A stretch of DNA of 61,108 nt from a virus (IMGVR_UViG_3300031949_000741:1-61108), one strand, 5' to 3'; counted from the first letter of the stretch, positions 27,219-37,763 are shown. Notes: generated from the letters alone by a model not told the origin. Numbers and translations are program-made.

Positions 27219-28841
27219 ATGACTCCTGTATTAAACAACGGTATCTTCCTGAGAGACACGGCCTATAACGCCAGTTCTCATGTAGACTCCTATCACCTGG
27301 TGAACATGTTAAAGAGTGCAGAACCTATGGATCTTGGACCAGTTGATATCTGGGCAATGACCCAGAAGGTCGAGATGCCACTCTACCAGATGTCCAGCTT
27401 CGGTGGAAAGAACGTAATCATGGTTGATAATGCCCGTGGTGAGTATAAGTGGCAGACTCCTGTATCTCAGGATCTTCCTTATATCATCGAGGACATCGAA
27501 CCTGGCAATGTCCAGAAAGGCCTTGATGGTACCCTCTTTAAGATGAAGATTAACAAGCGCGAGTTCGGTCATGGTGACATAATCACTTATGACAAGTTCA
27601 ACGGAGCTGAGATCTATGTAACAGCAGATGATATCCTCCCTATGGGTGACGGCTTCATCTATACCTGTCAGCTTGTTAACAACGACAACTACAAGTATCT
27701 GGATAATAAGTATCTGGCTAATGGCACGAAGTTCTTCCGCAAAGGCTCCGCACGCGGAGAATACGGTGAGCGCTTCTCTGACATTCGTACAGGTGCAGGC
27801 TTCCGTGAATTCTACAACTTTGTAGGAGGAGCAGAGGCACATGTCCACTATAGCATCTCTACCCGTGCCGACCTTCAGATTAAGGGAGGAATGCGGGCAG
27901 ACGGAACTATTCCTGTAGTTGAAATCTGGCGTAACTTCGACAAATCTCTTGACCCAGCAATCACTTCGCTTTCAGACATGGCAAGTAAGATGGGTAAAGA
28001 CTACCTTAAACGGGCTATGTCTAACGGGACACTCTCCCGTAGCTTTCTGACTACTCTGGAGGCAGCACACCTTACTAAGATCTCAACAGATATCGAGACA
28101 TATCTAATGTGGGGACATGGCGGACGTGTCAAGCAGGATGGACCGGATGATATTCGTCTATCAGTAGGTCTCTGGAAGCAACTTGACAACTCCTTTAAGA
28201 GAGTCTATAACAAGAGTAGCTTCAGTCTTGAACTCTTCCGTGCAGAACTTTATAACTTCTACGCAGGACGTGTTGAGTTTCAGGGACCAGATCCTAAGCG
28301 CCAGATTATAGTGCAAACGGGTATGGGCGGAATGCGTCTCGTGAACGAGGCCATCAAGCGGGAAGCTGCTAACTCAGGACTGATTATTCAGGCTGCGGCT
28401 GACGGAGGTATTGGTGCAATCACCGGCAGAGGTATGAACCTCAACTTCGGGTTTGCTTATACCAGCTATGTCATCCCGTTCCTGGCTAATGTCCAGTTCG
28501 TGCTGAACCCTGCCTTTGACAACCTGCATACTAATGATATAGAGAACCCTATCATTGACGGGAACCCTCTGAGCTCTTACAGCTTTATCATCTTTGATGT
28601 TACGGATAACACTAATGATAACATCTATCTGCTGAAGCTCTCCTGGGATAACCAGTTGAAGTGGTGGTACCAGAATGGTACTATGGACTACATGGGCCGT
28701 ACACAAGGCTTTCAGTCATCCGGACAGTTTAACGGCTATCGGGTATATATGAGCCAGACTTTCCCTGCGATTTGGGTTAAAGACAGCTCTAAGGTTCTGA
28801 AGATCGTTATGCGTAATCCTGTAACCGGATTTGCCCTATAG
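27219..28841 (+). CDS. Major capsid protein (crAss-like)
   Basis: 540 aa with strong codon bias, synteny, DIETYLMWG.GG and a strong downstream terminator. Confidence 0.88.
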   Translation: MTPVLNNGIFLRDTAYNASSHVDSYHLVNMLKSAEPMDLGPVDIWAMTQKVEMPLYQMSSFGGKNVIMVDNARGEYKWQTPVSQDLPYIIEDIEPGNVQKGLDGTLFKMKINKREFGHGDIITYDKFNGAEIYVTADDILPMGDGFIYTCQLVNNDNYKYLDNKYLANGTKFFRKGSARGEYGERFSDIRTGAGFREFYNFVGGAEAHVHYSISTRADLQIKGGMRADGTIPVVEIWRNFDKSLDPAITSLSDMASKMGKDYLKRAMSNGTLSRSFLTTLEAAHLTKISTDIETYLMWGHGGRVKQDGPDDIRLSVGLWKQLDNSFKRVYNKSSFSLELFRAELYNFYAGRVEFQGPDPKRQIIVQTGMGGMRLVNEAIKREAANSGLIIQAAADGGIGAITGRGMNLNFGFAYTSYVIPFLANVQFVLNPAFDNLHTNDIENPIIDGNPLSSYSFIIFDVTDNTNDNIYLLKLSWDNQLKWWYQNGTMDYMGRTQGFQSSGQFNGYRVYMSQTFPAIWVKDSSKVLKIVMRNPVTGFAL

Positions 28842-28858
28842 AGTTATGTAAAGATACA

Positions 28859-28889
28859 GGAGCTGATGTCAAAGTCAGCTCCCTTTCTT
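28859..28889 (+). terminator. Terminator after the major capsid gene
   Basis: GGAGCTGAT-GTCAAA-GTCAGCTCC then CTTTCTT. Confidence 0.75.
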
Positions 28890-28968
28890 GTGGTAAGCGT
28901 ACTATCCTCCTGTAGGATAAGGAGCCCGCAGCTCTTCACGAGAACACTAACCAACAACAACCAATGTT

Positions 28969-29979
28969 ATGAGCATAACAATCGTAGAGAAGCATCCTGG
29001 CAACAAGGAGAGAGTATTGGCCGTCCGCCCTTACTTTGATGACGCAGTTACTAATATGGGACTCGAGAAGTACGGAATGGTACTTTTCCCAGGAGTCTAT
29101 CACGAAGAGCCACTGGCTTGTATAGATCATAATGGTATCAAAAGGTATGTCACAGGTCTGAACGAATTCGCTCCTGATGTCAAAGTTCTTCCCGAGACTG
29201 AAAAGAAGGCTAAAATAGGAGAGATACGTAAGACTATAGCTATTCTCGAGAAGGATCTCGCAGCTAATGTTATAGATGTGAAGGATGATGACTTCTGGAA
29301 CAAGGTAAAGCTTCTAAGACCAGACAACTCAGAGTTCTGGGATAAGATTAAGATTCGATGTGGTAATGAACCCACCTTCCTGGATCCTAAGGAGCCGTAC
29401 GACATGATCCGGATTATAGCAGTGCGCAACGGAGGATTCTCCATGATCTCCAAGAGTTATGAAGAAGCCCGAACCCGTCCCGTTGCCCCAAAGTTTTATC
29501 TCGATGAAGCTCATCACACAGCAAGTGCCAAGACAGAGTACAAGAAGATAAAGAACAAAGCTATCTCTACTCTTGACCGCCTCTTCTCTGAAGATATGAA
29601 TAAGCTCTTCTATATCTGTAAGGTAGTAGATGCTAACAGTGTGCAGTATATCAAGTCTACCCCCCACGACATCCTTTATGATAACATGGACAGATATATC
29701 AACGGAGAGGGTATAGAGAAGAACATGAGACGTGCTGCCTTGACGTTTACAGAGACAGCATCCATGGATATGGAGACCCTCAAGATCAAGTCCATTATTA
29801 AAGATGCAGCCTATTACAAGCTTATCTCTCTTCGGGGAGACGGGTTTATGTATCATACAGATACCAGCACTCTCTTAGGTAGGAATGTCCCTGATGTTAT
29901 AGAGTTTCTGAGGAACCCTATCAACGACAGTATTTTCATGAGCTTGCTTAAGAAGATGGACAAAGAGTGGAACCGGTAA
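28969..29979 (+). CDS. Conserved crAss-like head-module protein
   Basis: 336-aa ORF directly after the capsid gene, as in the crAss-like gene order. Confidence 0.7.
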   Translation: MSITIVEKHPGNKERVLAVRPYFDDAVTNMGLEKYGMVLFPGVYHEEPLACIDHNGIKRYVTGLNEFAPDVKVLPETEKKAKIGEIRKTIAILEKDLAANVIDVKDDDFWNKVKLLRPDNSEFWDKIKIRCGNEPTFLDPKEPYDMIRIIAVRNGGFSMISKSYEEARTRPVAPKFYLDEAHHTASAKTEYKKIKNKAISTLDRLFSEDMNKLFYICKVVDANSVQYIKSTPHDILYDNMDRYINGEGIEKNMRRAALTFTETASMDMETLKIKSIIKDAAYYKLISLRGDGFMYHTDTSTLLGRNVPDVIEFLRNPINDSIFMSLLKKMDKEWNR

Positions 29980-30028
29980 CCTAAGATCTATGGGGAGGCA
30001 GCTCTCTTAAAAAAGGAAAGTAAATAGC

Positions 30029-30730
30029 GTGAATAACACTACTCTCAGACTTAAAATCATGCAGCGGCTCAACAAGATCGCCAGTGATGATTATGACAAT
30101 ATAGAATGCTGGCAGATAGTTGAGGCATTTAATAAAGGTCAGGTAGGATGGTGCCGTAGACAACTTCATGGCTTAAATATTGTCCGTGAAGGAGACGAGC
30201 AGTCTACCAGCAGAATAGATGATTTGCAGATTCTCCTGCTGGATCTCCCTTTGATAATGACTAACAAGAAACTTTACTTTGAGGCTCCTATACCTCCGGA
30301 CTACTTCCGGTGGAAGAGAGTCTCTGCCTATGCCACAGATAAATGCTGTGACACTCCCCGACGCATGAAGATATTTCAGGTAGAGGAAGGCAACATAGAT
30401 GACATTCTCAGAGATGTAAATAAGAGACCAAGCTTCGAGTGGGCAGAGACCATCTCCACTCTAAAGAACAATAAGGTACTTATATATACTGACGAAAAGT
30501 TCTCTATAAGCAGCTCCACCCTTGTCTATTACCGGCAACCCCGGAGAATAGAGATACAGGGATGCTCTAACCCCTATACTAACCAGATAAGTCCTGTCGA
30601 TATAGAGGCGGAGTTCAAGGATGATATAGTAGAAGTAATGATAGATGAGGCAGCCATGGTTCTGGCAGGAGATATAGAGTCAATGAACCAGAAAGCCCGT
30701 GAAGAACAGGCTGTGGAGCAGAACAACTAA
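30029..30730 (+). CDS. Putative head-tail adaptor/ring protein
   Basis: LNK..S...D......FNK.Q, LVYYRQP and VMIDEAA pattern; synteny. Confidence 0.65.
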   Translation: MNNTTLRLKIMQRLNKIASDDYDNIECWQIVEAFNKGQVGWCRRQLHGLNIVREGDEQSTSRIDDLQILLLDLPLIMTNKKLYFEAPIPPDYFRWKRVSAYATDKCCDTPRRMKIFQVEEGNIDDILRDVNKRPSFEWAETISTLKNNKVLIYTDEKFSISSSTLVYYRQPRRIEIQGCSNPYTNQISPVDIEAEFKDDIVEVMIDEAAMVLAGDIESMNQKAREEQAVEQNN

Positions 30731-30814
30731 CTTTTTTATGCAGGAGCAGCACCATGTATGACAAGAACTTCGTAATATTGCACTAATGTTTATATAACTT
30801 AACCTAAAACAACT

Positions 30815-32122
30815 ATGGCTTACTTTAACCATGCCTTCAACAAGGTGTTCGTGGGAACCCACGATACCCAGGCAGCTGTCCCGGCAGTATCATCCGGAGT
30901 GGACGAGGGCTTCTTAACAAGCTCGGGCGTACACAGTGTTAACCTTATCACTACCGCAGCTCCCTATGCCCTCGGCTTAGGAACCTTCGGTTTCTTTGAC
31001 ACAGATACCAGTCTCTCTGTTAATGCAGCTTCGGCTGTGGTAACAAGTGGACAACCTCTTATCCTTGCTAGCACAGCGCTCTACACTAATGATAAGATCG
31101 GACCGTTCCATGGAGGCTACCAGGAATCCACCAAGTCAAAGATGATTAACCCTAAGTACATCCGCTCTTTCTATAGAGTAGATCCATGTACCCCTCAGAA
31201 TCAGATAGTGCATATTGGTAATACCAATTACACATCTACCCTGAGTCCCGCAGATCCAACATGCTGCTTCACCTTTCTGTGTAACCAGACCTACTACCTG
31301 CGTATCGACATCAAAGGTTCACCGGCACTACGCTTACTGAATCATCAGTCATACCATACCGTAGACTTTTACACAGGATGTTGCCCTGATCCTACACCAG
31401 ATCCGGTGGACTCTACCCTGGTAATGATCGGATGGGCTAACCAGATTATCAGTACACCTTATCTAAAGGATTTTGTAACCCCTATCGTATTTGACGAGAC
31501 CGGTGCTGCATGGTATCCTCCAGGAACAACTGGTGGAGTAGATACATGGGATAACTATGTATCCGCAGGTCACATAGCAGATGCATGTGCAGGAATGCGC
31601 CTCCAGGGAGCTTATGTAGATACCCGTTTCGGAGACTGCTCATTTGAGGTTACAGACTTCTTTGAGAAAGAGCCAGTGGCTATCTATGCATCTTTAGTAG
31701 ACTATACAGGAGACCCTTGTGTATTCGAAGGTATATGTGTTATAACAGAGTGTCCTTCCCGTCAGGGTGCAGGATTCGGAGAAACCGTTCTCCGTGATCT
31801 GGTCCTGTCAGAAAGCTACATGCAGAACATCTTCCGTGATACTAACATGCGTATCCGTGAGATTACTCAGGGGGACGACTTGTTTACTGCTATCAGCCGG
31901 ACAGCTATGTACTACAGGTACTTTATACTTCACTCAGTACCTCGTTTCAACAATCCTACAGGAGTCTTTGACAACGAGCAGTACCTACTGGAGATTATAA
32001 CAGATGCTCCGAGTGCCTCTTTTGAGACCTTTATGGATACATGGATCACATCTTGTGGATGTAACCAGACAGAGCTTGAAGTTCACGACTGTGAGAGCTG
32101 CACACCTGTACCTATTCCTTAA
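30815..32122 (+). CDS. Abundant virion protein, putative auxiliary capsid protein
   Basis: Own promoter variant TAATATTG (30773) and terminator; biased codons; Cys-rich. Confidence 0.6.
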   Translation: MAYFNHAFNKVFVGTHDTQAAVPAVSSGVDEGFLTSSGVHSVNLITTAAPYALGLGTFGFFDTDTSLSVNAASAVVTSGQPLILASTALYTNDKIGPFHGGYQESTKSKMINPKYIRSFYRVDPCTPQNQIVHIGNTNYTSTLSPADPTCCFTFLCNQTYYLRIDIKGSPALRLLNHQSYHTVDFYTGCCPDPTPDPVDSTLVMIGWANQIISTPYLKDFVTPIVFDETGAAWYPPGTTGGVDTWDNYVSAGHIADACAGMRLQGAYVDTRFGDCSFEVTDFFEKEPVAIYASLVDYTGDPCVFEGICVITECPSRQGAGFGETVLRDLVLSESYMQNIFRDTNMRIREITQGDDLFTAISRTAMYYRYFILHSVPRFNNPTGVFDNEQYLLEIITDAPSASFETFMDTWITSCGCNQTELEVHDCESCTPVPIP

Positions 32123-32144
32123 ACCTAACACGAAAACATACCAG

Positions 32145-32190
32145 GAGGAGAGAAGACTAACACTTAAGTCTCCTCTCCTCTTTTGTGTTT
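32145..32190 (+). terminator. Intrinsic terminator
   Basis: GAGGAGAG-A-AGACT / AGTCT-C-CTCTCCTC then TTTTGTGTTT. Confidence 0.8.
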
Positions 32191-32206
32191 AAAACCATTA
32201 TAGAAT

Positions 32207-32758
32207 ATGGCAAGGCATGTCCTGAGCCTGGAGGCTCCAGATACCAGAAACAAGTGTATCCTGAGGATAGAGGATACCAGTATCTATAGTCCGGATCTTC
32301 CGGTTACATGCCCTATTCTCCAGATAACCGTACCAGGATTCAACCTCCCGGTAACTATCACAGATATTACTCAGGGCTTTAACCTTAATCTCACAGCCTG
32401 TGATCTTGATTTACAGACACAGAACTGCGGGACATCTTTCTCTAATCTTCCCGATGGTATATACATCATCAGATACAGCATAGCCCCTAATGACTATGTA
32501 CATGTAGAGTATAATCACCTAAGAGTGACATGTGCACTCGAGAAGATAGCAGAGATACTGTGTGCTCTGGATATAGCAGCCTGCGAACCCTCCTTTAAAA
32601 TTAAGGAGAAGCTCAAGGAGTTAAATCTTATAGAGATGATGATCAAGGCCGCTAAGGCTTCTGTAGAGTACTGTCATAACCCTAAGAAGGGTATGGACAT
32701 CTATAGATATGCCCTAAAGAGACTAGATAAGTTATCATGTAACATTTGTGCAAAATAA
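32207..32758 (+). CDS. Virion structural protein (Ig-like plus helical; possible tail hub)
   Basis: DTSIY, LQITVPGF and LPDGIYIIRYS; Cys-rich. Confidence 0.6.
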   Translation: MARHVLSLEAPDTRNKCILRIEDTSIYSPDLPVTCPILQITVPGFNLPVTITDITQGFNLNLTACDLDLQTQNCGTSFSNLPDGIYIIRYSIAPNDYVHVEYNHLRVTCALEKIAEILCALDIAACEPSFKIKEKLKELNLIEMMIKAAKASVEYCHNPKKGMDIYRYALKRLDKLSCNICAK

Positions 32759-32773
32759 CCAACATTATATATT

Positions 32774-32959
32774 ATGGCACAGACATGTCCCAGCTGTGGA
32801 GCTAAGATAACCTGTGGATGCCAGCGCAGAACTACCGCTGATGGAAGATCAGCATGTTCCAAGTGTGTATCCAAACCTGTACCAGTAAAGAAACCAGGAG
32901 CTAACATAACCCCTGTGATAAACAACATAAAAGTAGAGATGGCACTGGATGCTTCCTAG
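32774..32959 (+). CDS. Small Cys-rich protein
   Basis: CPSCG...CGC........CSKC. Confidence 0.7.
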   Translation: MAQTCPSCGAKITCGCQRRTTADGRSACSKCVSKPVPVKKPGANITPVINNIKVEMALDAS

Positions 32960-34648
32960 ATGGCAACAAGAACCTATAGCTGTGGATCAAACGGGGTTGT
33001 CAAGAGACTCGATAACCTTGCGGGAGCATGGGTTAATGTCTCTACTCCCTCTACCAACAGGCTTAATGATATAAAGACCGACCCCACTAACACGGATAAG
33101 GTCTTTACAGTAGGTATGAACAGTACTATACTGGTATCATCTAACGCAGGGGCTAGCTGGGCATCTCCCGGAGGTAATTTTGGAATACTCACCATCAACT
33201 TTTGGGAAGTATGGCCTCAGGACACCAACATCATTTACGCTGTAGGTACAGATGGTACCGTAGTCAAGAGTATTGACGGAGGACTCAACTTTAATCTTGC
33301 TCCCACATTTGCCACCCCTACAGGACTAAGCTCTCCCGGAAATGCTTTCTCGGTACATTTTATAAGTGCTACTATAGGCGTAGCTTCTTTCCAGCAGTAT
33401 GTTCTTAAGACTATAGATGGAGGAACAACATGGGTAGTACTCAATGGAGGAGCCTTGTTACCAGATTCATCTCCTATAGTGGGGATACATCTCTCGTCTG
33501 ATGAGCAGACTATAGTCGCTGTGGGCGGAGGGGATATACATAGAAGTATTAATGGTGGTACCAGTTTTACACAGGTACAGAATTTTCCAGATAGGGAAGG
33601 TCTCCACCTTACATGGGTCAGCGATACCAGACTCTGGGCTACAGCAAGAGGAACCGAAAGACTCCGATCAATAGATGCAGGAGCTACGTGGACAATTCTT
33701 TCACCTTATGTGATACAGGGAGCCCCCGTATTTGCTGCACACTTCTATGCCCCTACTCAGGGATTCTTTTCACTTAATAACTCTCTTCTTGACACCAATG
33801 ATGCAGGACTCACAGGATCTCCTACAGATAACTATGGCCCGGCAGCATCTATAATGGCAGTATGGACTGCTACAGATCCTCCTGTGTGTTATGTTCTCAC
33901 AGATTGTAATGGAACAGAGACGGATATAATAACATCCCAGGATCTGAGCGCCTATGTAGGACAGACAGTGACTATCCAGGGATCCGATACCTGCTGGACA
34001 GTAAGCTCTATTCAGAGTGGTATATGTAAGAACGCCGGAGTAGTAATTATAGATGTACTTCAGGACTGCTCAGAGTGTAACTCTCCATGTTTTCTTCTAG
34101 AGGATTGCACAGCTCAGTTACCAGATATAATCACCTCTGTAGATCTCTCACTGTATGTGGGAATGATCATAAAGATATTAGGATGCGGAGATACCTGCTG
34201 GATGGTATCTCAGACTACTAACTGTACTCTGACTACACCGGTAACTATTACACTACCTGCCTTTGAGGATTGCACCGAGTGCCTTCCCGAGACAGCTTCT
34301 CCATCTCCCCTTGCGGTAAAGCCACGGGAGTCAGAACCAGGATATATCACCCCAGGTTGTCCACCAGAATATACTGAGAAGGTAAACTGTAATTTTGCAG
34401 ATCAGATATGGAAACTCGTCCTGAGTCTCAGGTATGGTATAGAAGCCTGCTGTGAGGAAGACCTCCAGAAATGGACTATAAAAAAGTCTCTGCTAGACCT
34501 GGACGCCATAAAGGATCCGGATATATGTGCGACTATTATTGCAGATCCCTGCTGTCCACCATGTGATGTATCGGCTACACTTACTATCTTTGTCACCAGA
34601 AGCTGTATGCCCGTAGAGAATGTTAATGCAGTACTAACACTTGTATAA
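32960..34648 (+). CDS. BNR/Asp-box beta-propeller plus Cys-rich repeats, fibre or receptor-binding protein
   Basis: SSNAGASW, SIDGGLNF, TIDGGTTW, SINGGTSF, SIDAGATW; two C..L.DC...DLS.YVG...CW.VS repeats. Confidence 0.75.
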   Translation: MATRTYSCGSNGVVKRLDNLAGAWVNVSTPSTNRLNDIKTDPTNTDKVFTVGMNSTILVSSNAGASWASPGGNFGILTINFWEVWPQDTNIIYAVGTDGTVVKSIDGGLNFNLAPTFATPTGLSSPGNAFSVHFISATIGVASFQQYVLKTIDGGTTWVVLNGGALLPDSSPIVGIHLSSDEQTIVAVGGGDIHRSINGGTSFTQVQNFPDREGLHLTWVSDTRLWATARGTERLRSIDAGATWTILSPYVIQGAPVFAAHFYAPTQGFFSLNNSLLDTNDAGLTGSPTDNYGPAASIMAVWTATDPPVCYVLTDCNGTETDIITSQDLSAYVGQTVTIQGSDTCWTVSSIQSGICKNAGVVIIDVLQDCSECNSPCFLLEDCTAQLPDIITSVDLSLYVGMIIKILGCGDTCWMVSQTTNCTLTTPVTITLPAFEDCTECLPETASPSPLAVKPRESEPGYITPGCPPEYTEKVNCNFADQIWKLVLSLRYGIEACCEEDLQKWTIKKSLLDLDAIKDPDICATIIADPCCPPCDVSATLTIFVTRSCMPVENVNAVLTLV

Positions 34649-34654
34649 AGCACT

Positions 34655-36151
34655 ATGAAGCCACTAGAACTCAATAAGGAATCATGTGATCCCATATCTT
34701 CAAACTGTGTGACATGGGGAGGACCCAGTCTCCCATGTATAGATCTCTGTAAAGGAGACACTATCACAGATGTAGTATATAAGTTGGCCGTAGAGCTTTG
34801 TGAGCTTAAAGACCTTCTTGATCTTGATAACTATGATATTACATGCCTGAGTCTACCCTGTCCCTCCCCCAAAGACTTCAGTGAGCTCATACAGATACTT
34901 ATAAACAGAATATGTGCACTGGAGGACTGTTGTGACCAACAAGTTCAGGCTGCTGCAGAAGGATGTCCGGACTGTGTAGTAAATATAGCTGAGTGCTTCT
35001 GGTTCACAAATGAGGTAGGAGACATTGTTACTACTATGCAGCTTGATGATTATGTTATAGCTATAGGTAACAGGATATGTAGTCAGTCCACTCAACTGGG
35101 AGGTAATCAGACTACTCTCGAGAATCATGAGGAGCGGATAACAACTCTTGAGGAAGAACCTGAGCCGTCGTTCGTACTACCCACTATGAATCCTGTCTGT
35201 GTAATGACAGGTAGTAACATACCTATTGACGAAGTTCTGATAGAACTCGAGAGACAATTCTGTGAATTAAGAGGTGCTACAGGAGAACCTACAGATATTT
35301 ATATAGCTATAAGTAATCAGTGTGCAGGTCTTGATGATGCTGAAAAGCTAGGTCCCGGAGGAGGAAATATGTCCTCTATTCCAGGCTGGAAGACTACAGT
35401 ACAGAATATCTCTGACTCATTTACTAACATGTGGCTTACTATATGTGATATCAGAGCTGCTGTACAGAATATTAAGATTAACTGTTGTCCTACAGGATGT
35501 GATGGAGTTACCGTGAATCTCCAAGCATCTATGTCGAGCCCCACAACACTAGTTCTCTATTTCACAGGCACCATCCCTGCAGGTTTTCAGCAGTGTGACC
35601 CTTCGGGTACACAAGTTACTGTTATGGATACTCTCGGAGGAAGTATAGTCACTACTATCAACCTCTTTGCTGTAATCAATGATCCGGGAGGATTCCCTAT
35701 TGATATCAGCGGAACTCCTCTGAACAGCTCTTCTGACTTTACTATTACCAGTATCATATGTCTGGAGAACCTCTCCGAAGGTACAGAGTGTCAGTTCCAG
35801 CTTACAGCTACAGTCATTAACACATTCACCTGTCCTAATGTGAGCTACAGCTCTACACAGACAGAGATATCATATGACATTACCCACATAGCAAGTGGTA
35901 CAGTGACATATACAGTAGAGGTTTACAATAACGCAGGAACAGTACTTATAGCCAGCCAGGCTACTACAGTTAGCTCTCCTCAGACTATACTGGGAACATT
36001 CACAGGGCTTGCTTCAAGCACTGCCTACAAGGTAAGAGTAAGAGCTACAGTAGGAACCAAGACTACCAACTGCCCGTTCACTCCTGTAACTACTCTCTCA
36101 GAAGCATGTAACCCCCCTACCAATGTAACAGCAGAACTTAATATACCATAA
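34655..36151 (+). CDS. Cys-rich fibre protein with coiled coil and FN3-like domain
   Basis: Heptad LENHEERITTLEE; FTGLASSTAYKVRVRA. Confidence 0.7.
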   Translation: MKPLELNKESCDPISSNCVTWGGPSLPCIDLCKGDTITDVVYKLAVELCELKDLLDLDNYDITCLSLPCPSPKDFSELIQILINRICALEDCCDQQVQAAAEGCPDCVVNIAECFWFTNEVGDIVTTMQLDDYVIAIGNRICSQSTQLGGNQTTLENHEERITTLEEEPEPSFVLPTMNPVCVMTGSNIPIDEVLIELERQFCELRGATGEPTDIYIAISNQCAGLDDAEKLGPGGGNMSSIPGWKTTVQNISDSFTNMWLTICDIRAAVQNIKINCCPTGCDGVTVNLQASMSSPTTLVLYFTGTIPAGFQQCDPSGTQVTVMDTLGGSIVTTINLFAVINDPGGFPIDISGTPLNSSSDFTITSIICLENLSEGTECQFQLTATVINTFTCPNVSYSSTQTEISYDITHIASGTVTYTVEVYNNAGTVLIASQATTVSSPQTILGTFTGLASSTAYKVRVRATVGTKTTNCPFTPVTTLSEACNPPTNVTAELNIP

Positions 36152-36153
36152 CT

Positions 36154-36696
36154 ATGAGCTGTAAGAAATGTGGAAGTAATAAGGACAAGTGCGGATGCAG
36201 GGACCAGGCGTTAACTACTCCCGTGTTGCCCCCGTGTGATCCCAACGCACCGGTATGTCCCGTCAAAGAACCTTGCCCTGAGATATTTGACAGTAAATGT
36301 ATTACCTATCAGGGAGATCCTATAGCGGACTACGGAATTAATCCGGGAGACAGACTTGAAGAGATTATACAGAAGCTGCTTCTTCTCACTGCAGGAACAG
36401 GGTGTGTCCTTGAGTCGAACACTTGCCAGAGTATATTAAACCTGCATACTTTAGCAAAGACTACTACCACTATTACAATAGCCTGGGACGCGTCTCCCAA
36501 TGCTACATCTTATACTACGGAGTACAAGCTGGCTTCTGCCGGATCTTTTACTCTTAATACTTCAGTAATCCCTCCTGTAGTACAGGATACTATTGGAGGA
36601 CTTATACCCGATACAGACTACCACATAAGAGTGAACACTATCTGCTCTGTAGGTAACTGCTACTCCCTGACAATATTAGTAAGGACTAACGCATAA
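36154..36696 (+). CDS. Cys-rich protein with FN3-like domain
   Basis: ITIAW...ATSY..EYK...IGGLIPDTDYHIRVNTIC. Confidence 0.75.
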   Translation: MSCKKCGSNKDKCGCRDQALTTPVLPPCDPNAPVCPVKEPCPEIFDSKCITYQGDPIADYGINPGDRLEEIIQKLLLLTAGTGCVLESNTCQSILNLHTLAKTTTTITIAWDASPNATSYTTEYKLASAGSFTLNTSVIPPVVQDTIGGLIPDTDYHIRVNTICSVGNCYSLTILVRTNA

Positions 36697-36716
36697 TGAT
36701 ATAAAAAAGAGATACT

Positions 36717-37619
36717 ATGGCACCACAACCAGCTACGATAACAGTAACTTTCACAGCTAACTATACAGGTCTGCATAGAGTATGCTGGCGGATAGGCTCC
36801 TCAGGAGCTTATGACTGTACTACTACTGTGGGATGTACCTCAGGAAGCACATGTACTGTAGATATTACAGTAAGTGTGGATAATGAGACATGTCCTATAG
36901 TAACCTTCGAAGGTTATGTCCAGCCAACATGTGAGCTGGAGTCTTCTACTAATAATAGGGTACCCTTCTCAGTGGACTTTGATCCTGATCCGTCTTGCAA
37001 GAGATATACAGTAACATGTAATAATGCCCCTGTGGTATCTATTACTGTAACGGACGGAGGTTCCGGATACTCACCAGGAAGCCCCCCTGCCGTGGTTATT
37101 ACTGGCGGAGGAGGCTCAGGAGCTACAGCAACAGCTACTGTTGTGGGAGATGCGATAACATCAATAGCAGTTGACACACAGGGCTCGGGTTATACATCAA
37201 CTCCTACAGTAACTATAGATCCACCTAGTCCCGGAATACAAGCTACGGCTACAGCAGTACTGGGAACATGCCCTGAGTTTGAAGCACCAGATTGTGACGG
37301 ATCCTCTACAGGAGTATTTATTCCAGGTAACGAGCTTCAGCCAGGGGAATCTGTTACTGTGTGTAAGGCCGGAGCACCACCTGCACCACTCCCTTCACGC
37401 TGGGATACGGTTGAAAGCGGAGCTTGTCTTTGTGACTGTGAGAGTGTAACTATAGAGAATACAGGCGGCACTACACTAGACTTGTGGTATCAGCTTTGCG
37501 GAGGAGAAGCCGTCCAGTCAACGCTGGGAGCAGGACTTGACATAACATTATGTATAGTTACCGGATCTCTGATTACACAGAACTCTACAGTCACTATAGT
37601 AGTCAACGGTGCCTGCTAA
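36717..37619 (+). CDS. Thr/Gly/Cys-rich virion protein
   Basis: ITVTDGGSGYS...GGGGSGATATA...IAVDTQGSGYT repeats, typical of phage structural proteins. Confidence 0.7.
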   Translation: MAPQPATITVTFTANYTGLHRVCWRIGSSGAYDCTTTVGCTSGSTCTVDITVSVDNETCPIVTFEGYVQPTCELESSTNNRVPFSVDFDPDPSCKRYTVTCNNAPVVSITVTDGGSGYSPGSPPAVVITGGGGSGATATATVVGDAITSIAVDTQGSGYTSTPTVTIDPPSPGIQATATAVLGTCPEFEAPDCDGSSTGVFIPGNELQPGESVTVCKAGAPPAPLPSRWDTVESGACLCDCESVTIENTGGTTLDLWYQLCGGEAVQSTLGAGLDITLCIVTGSLITQNSTVTIVVNGAC

Positions 37620-37659
37620 GACACAGAGTTACGATTAGTTGGTTATCGTGACTTTACCA

Positions 37660-37698
37660 AGGGAGGTCTCAGGCTCATACCAGAGACCTCCTTCTTTT
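37660..37698 (+). terminator. Intrinsic terminator ending the fibre operon
   Basis: AGGGAGGTCTC / GAGACCTCCTT then CTTTT. Confidence 0.75.
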
Positions 37699-37763
37699 AC
37701 CAACTAAACACGACAGATGTAAACCTTAAAAGTTTAACTTTACATTCTGTAAGACCTTAAAGT

